Origin: Candidatus Poribacteria bacterium
GTDB lineage: Bacteria; Poribacteria; WGA-4E; PCPOR2b
Assembly: GCA_965218095.1 (NCBI GenBank)
Contig: OZ244587.1
Location: 1,856,001 to 1,920,000 of the forward strand
Length of the DNA stretch: 64,000 bases
Direction: 5' to 3'
Shown: piece by piece, positions 61,214-64,000 of the stretch
Numbering within the stretch: position 1 is the stretch's first letter
Layout: each line of letters starts with the position of its first letter
The notes under the pieces: model-generated
Seen by the model: only the letters and a program-made list of their open reading frames with translations
Told to the model about the DNA's origin: nothing
The model's database searches: none
Position numbers and translations under genes: made by a program

Positions 61214-62022
61214 GAGGGGTTCCCCTTTTCCGCATCAACCGGTTCCGGGTGAAGGAGTTGAGTCATTCGTTGTGTTTGTTGGTACTCATCATATAGCAAG
61301 AGATACTCCCGAATTAGTCGGTCCGATAGATGCGTAATGAGCCGTATCTGTCCCTTTGGAAAGCCTTGATGATGGAGGCTTGCTACCTGTGTGAAATCGC
61401 GCAAGTATCGCCAGACCGCTCGTTGGGTATGATTAGTCTTTTGCTCAATTTCAGTGAACTGATACCCTTTGAAGTACAATTCCAGAATCTGAGTCTTATG
61501 AGAGATGCCAGGCCCCATGTCATGTTTGGCACCGCGAGTCATAACAAAGTAACCGTCCTGTTTCAACTGTCGAATGTCGCGCTTGACGGTCGCTGGACTG
61601 GTGGTTAATAGCACCGCTAAATCTTCATAGCTGAGCAGGGCATCTTGGTCATAGGCTTGTTTGGTTAATCGGAGAATTCGATGGCGTCTGAGTCCAGAAA
61701 GCCCATAATCGGCTAACATCTCAAGGTCAGTTTGGACATCATTGAGAGTGAGTTGACATGAGACTTTTTTCGCTAACGCGATATGTTTGCCTGCCGGTTC
61801 ATCGGCTGCGACTGCCTCATAGCAGATTTGGCCTGACGTGAGTTCAATTTCGGCATGTTGAGCAAAGTAGGAAGCAATCTGTTTATAGTAGGCTTCGGCA
61901 ATCAGTGGCATTAGATTAAAGTCTGATGAAATCTTCTGAATGATGGCTGCCCTTGCGGTCTTTGATTGTAGACGGTTGATACCGTAGGCTGTATTGCTTT
62001 GTGGTTTCATATTGACCTCCAT
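61210..62022 (-). CDS. DUF1670-like HTH protein
   Basis: RLTKQAYDQDALLSYEDLA..TVKRDI, TRGAKHDMGPGISHK, RYLRDF. Confidence 0.75.
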   Translation of the reverse strand: MEVNMKPQSNTAYGINRLQSKTARAAIIQKISSDFNLMPLIAEAYYKQIASYFAQHAEIELTSGQICYEAVAADEPAGKHIALAKKVSCQLTLNDVQTDLEMLADYGLSGLRRHRILRLTKQAYDQDALLSYEDLAVLLTTSPATVKRDIRQLKQDGYFVMTRGAKHDMGPGISHKTQILELYFKGYQFTEIEQKTNHTQRAVWRYLRDFTQVASLHHQGFPKGQIRLITHLSDRLIREYLLLYDEYQQTQRMTQLLHPEPVDAEKGNPS

Positions 62023-62815
62023 GAGTGGATTGTAGTTGATGGCAATACCATCTCCTTTTAGTTTAGCTCATGGGGTCATTTGATACAAACTATAAATAGA
62101 AGGAGCGTATTGTAACGCGCACCGATTGTTTTGATTTGGCCCGCATCTCAGTAATGCAGGCTTTTTTCATAGAAAATTCGTGCCTCCCTATCAAGGGGAA
62201 TTATTTGCTATTGTGGAGAGCACGAAGCCAGATATCGTTATCTACACGAACGTAAGCGCAAGAAGTCGTATGGGCAACAGGTAGCGCGGGCTTCAAATCC
62301 GGTCAATGGAGTCGGCGCAGACCGGGTGGTGAGCGTCTAAATCATACCATTTGCAGCGAATCCAGACTTCGGAAGTTTTCCGCAGGATCGTTTCGATTCA
62401 AACCACGCGCAAAACTTCTGAAGGCTTAAACAGTGAAGGAACTCGCCCTTCTAGTGGCACCTGAGCTGCTCACGGATTTGACGTGTCGCTTTATCGATTC
62501 CCTGTTTTTGATGCAGCGTCAAAAACCTCCAGTCAATAGATTGGTGGCATGCATGAATTTTAGGAAGCAAAGTTGTTCTTACCTTTCGCGTAATCCCGAG
62601 GAAGTTTTTTTAATTTCGGAGTCCGAATCCGCACGTAGCACGGATCTAATAATCGGCCGTTTCACTTGAGAAACACGACCTTTGCGGTGATGTGGCAATC
62701 CATCGAATCGGGAGGGAACTCCTGCTACGACTGGATCTAAAAATTAGAAAAATTGTTCCGAAATAATGCGAAAGGTCAGCTAAAGGCTACACATTACGCA
62801 TTTCGGAGATGTTTG

Positions 62816-63880
62816 TTGGACTTGACAGATTACCGAAACCAACTGGATCAGATCGATGATCAGATTTTAGCCCTTTTGCATCGGCGGGCAGAGATCGTTG
62901 AGAAGGTTGGCGAACACAAATCGAGCATAGGTGTCGAGAGTATCTACGTTCCGCACCGTGAAAAAGAGATTATTACTCGGTTGAAGGCGCAGAACAACGA
63001 TCGATTTCCCGTCGGGGCTTTAGAAATGATCTACGCCGAGATTATATCTGCATGCCGTGCGCTCGAAAAACAGTTACGCATTGCATGCCTCGGCCCCGTT
63101 GGCAGCTTTGGGCATGCCGCAAGTTTGCACCACTTTGGGTCATCGGCGGAGTTCATCACGGTGACGCCACAGCCCGACATCTTTAGAGCTGTCGAATCTA
63201 GTAGAGCTGACTACGGCGTCGTCGCCATCGAAAACTCCAGGCATGGAACGGTCCGTGATGTTCTAGCAATGTTCCAGCACACAACCCTGCAAATCTGTGC
63301 TGAATGTTTCTTGCGGATTGATCAAAACCTGCTTTCAAAATCCCCTATCGGTCAAATCTCGAAGATCTACTCTCATCCACAGCCTTTTGCCCAATGCCGT
63401 GAATGGCTCCGCCAAAATTTGAAAGGCGTCCAACAGATCGAGGTTGCCAGCACTTCAGAAGCAGCGGAGTTAGCCGCCAATGAGACAGGCGCAGCGGCAA
63501 TAGCGAGTAAACTCGCCGGCGAGATTTATGGGCTGTCTGTGGTCAGTGGGTCCATCATGGATGACCCGAGCAATACGACGCGCTTTCTTATTATCGGGCG
63601 ACATTCAGCAGAGATAAGCGGAGAGGACCGAACTTCTATTCTTTTCGCCATCAAGGATAAGGTTGGCGCGTTGTGGGAAGTATTGAGCGTTTTGAAGAAC
63701 TATGAAATCAATATGAGTAAGATCGAATCCTTGCCCTCCCGTACCAAAGCGTGGGAGTATGTGTTTTTTGTGGACCTCGATGGGCATGCCGAAGATGAAA
63801 ACGTCCGACAGGCGCTTGCAGAAATTGGAGAGTTGTGCGTGTTGGTGAAAATCCTGGGGGCTTATCCACGGGGTTCTTAA
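62816..63880 (+). CDS. pheA: Chorismate mutase/prephenate dehydratase (P-protein)
   Basis: RNQLDQID CM domain, LGP, IENS, SHPQPFAQC, NTTRF, ACT domain IESLP. Confidence 0.95.
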   Translation: MDLTDYRNQLDQIDDQILALLHRRAEIVEKVGEHKSSIGVESIYVPHREKEIITRLKAQNNDRFPVGALEMIYAEIISACRALEKQLRIACLGPVGSFGHAASLHHFGSSAEFITVTPQPDIFRAVESSRADYGVVAIENSRHGTVRDVLAMFQHTTLQICAECFLRIDQNLLSKSPIGQISKIYSHPQPFAQCREWLRQNLKGVQQIEVASTSEAAELAANETGAAAIASKLAGEIYGLSVVSGSIMDDPSNTTRFLIIGRHSAEISGEDRTSILFAIKDKVGALWEVLSVLKNYEINMSKIESLPSRTKAWEYVFFVDLDGHAEDENVRQALAEIGELCVLVKILGAYPRGS

Positions 63881-64000
63881 CAAAACAGCAAAATTCTCTG
63901 CCTTCTATTTCCCCTCTAATTACCCTTTTCCGAACCATATAACAAGCGAAATCAGGTTTACCAAGCTATGCGTGAGCATGCACAGGATGAGTGATTTCGT

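Noticed and set aside
62280-62340. GGGCTTCAAATCC resembling a tRNA-Sec anticodon arm
   Set aside because: No acceptor stem, T-arm (GTTCGA) or CCA at the right spacing; looks like a REP-like repeat.

Overview
Bacterial chromosomal window of moderate GC. The gene content (five PhyH dioxygenases plus a fragment, Asp-box hydrolases, and an FG-GAP protein ending in an 'LLQNFPNPFNPETWMPY' C-terminal domain) resembles Candidatus Poribacteria; this is inference only. The ranges 1-34.7 kb and 54-62 kb are accessory DNA under visible decay: IS5, IS1, IS982 and IS630 elements, MITEs, gene fragments, nonsense codons and micro-deletions. The ranges 34.8-54.2 kb and the pheA end are mostly intact housekeeping and envelope genes. 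The strongest candidate for an undescribed system is an intact four-gene unit at 24.8-32.1 kb: ECF sigma, TonB-dependent receptor, zinc-binding anti-sigma, and an exported protein with two catalytically complete caspase-like domains, a repeat stalk and a C-terminal outer-membrane barrel. Other highlights: a split ORF that reads as an exported UxxC selenoprotein with a SECIS-like hairpin upstream of dsbD; IS5 copies whose frameshift is locked in frame; a PorV-like barrel fused to a lytic transglycosylase; a PorX-like protein lacking its phospho-acceptor Asp; a lone attC site; a DUF1670-like gene pair; and several consensus promoters driving short structured non-coding transcripts. All family calls come from motif recognition by eye, with no database searches. 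Some indels and stops may be sequencing or assembly errors.
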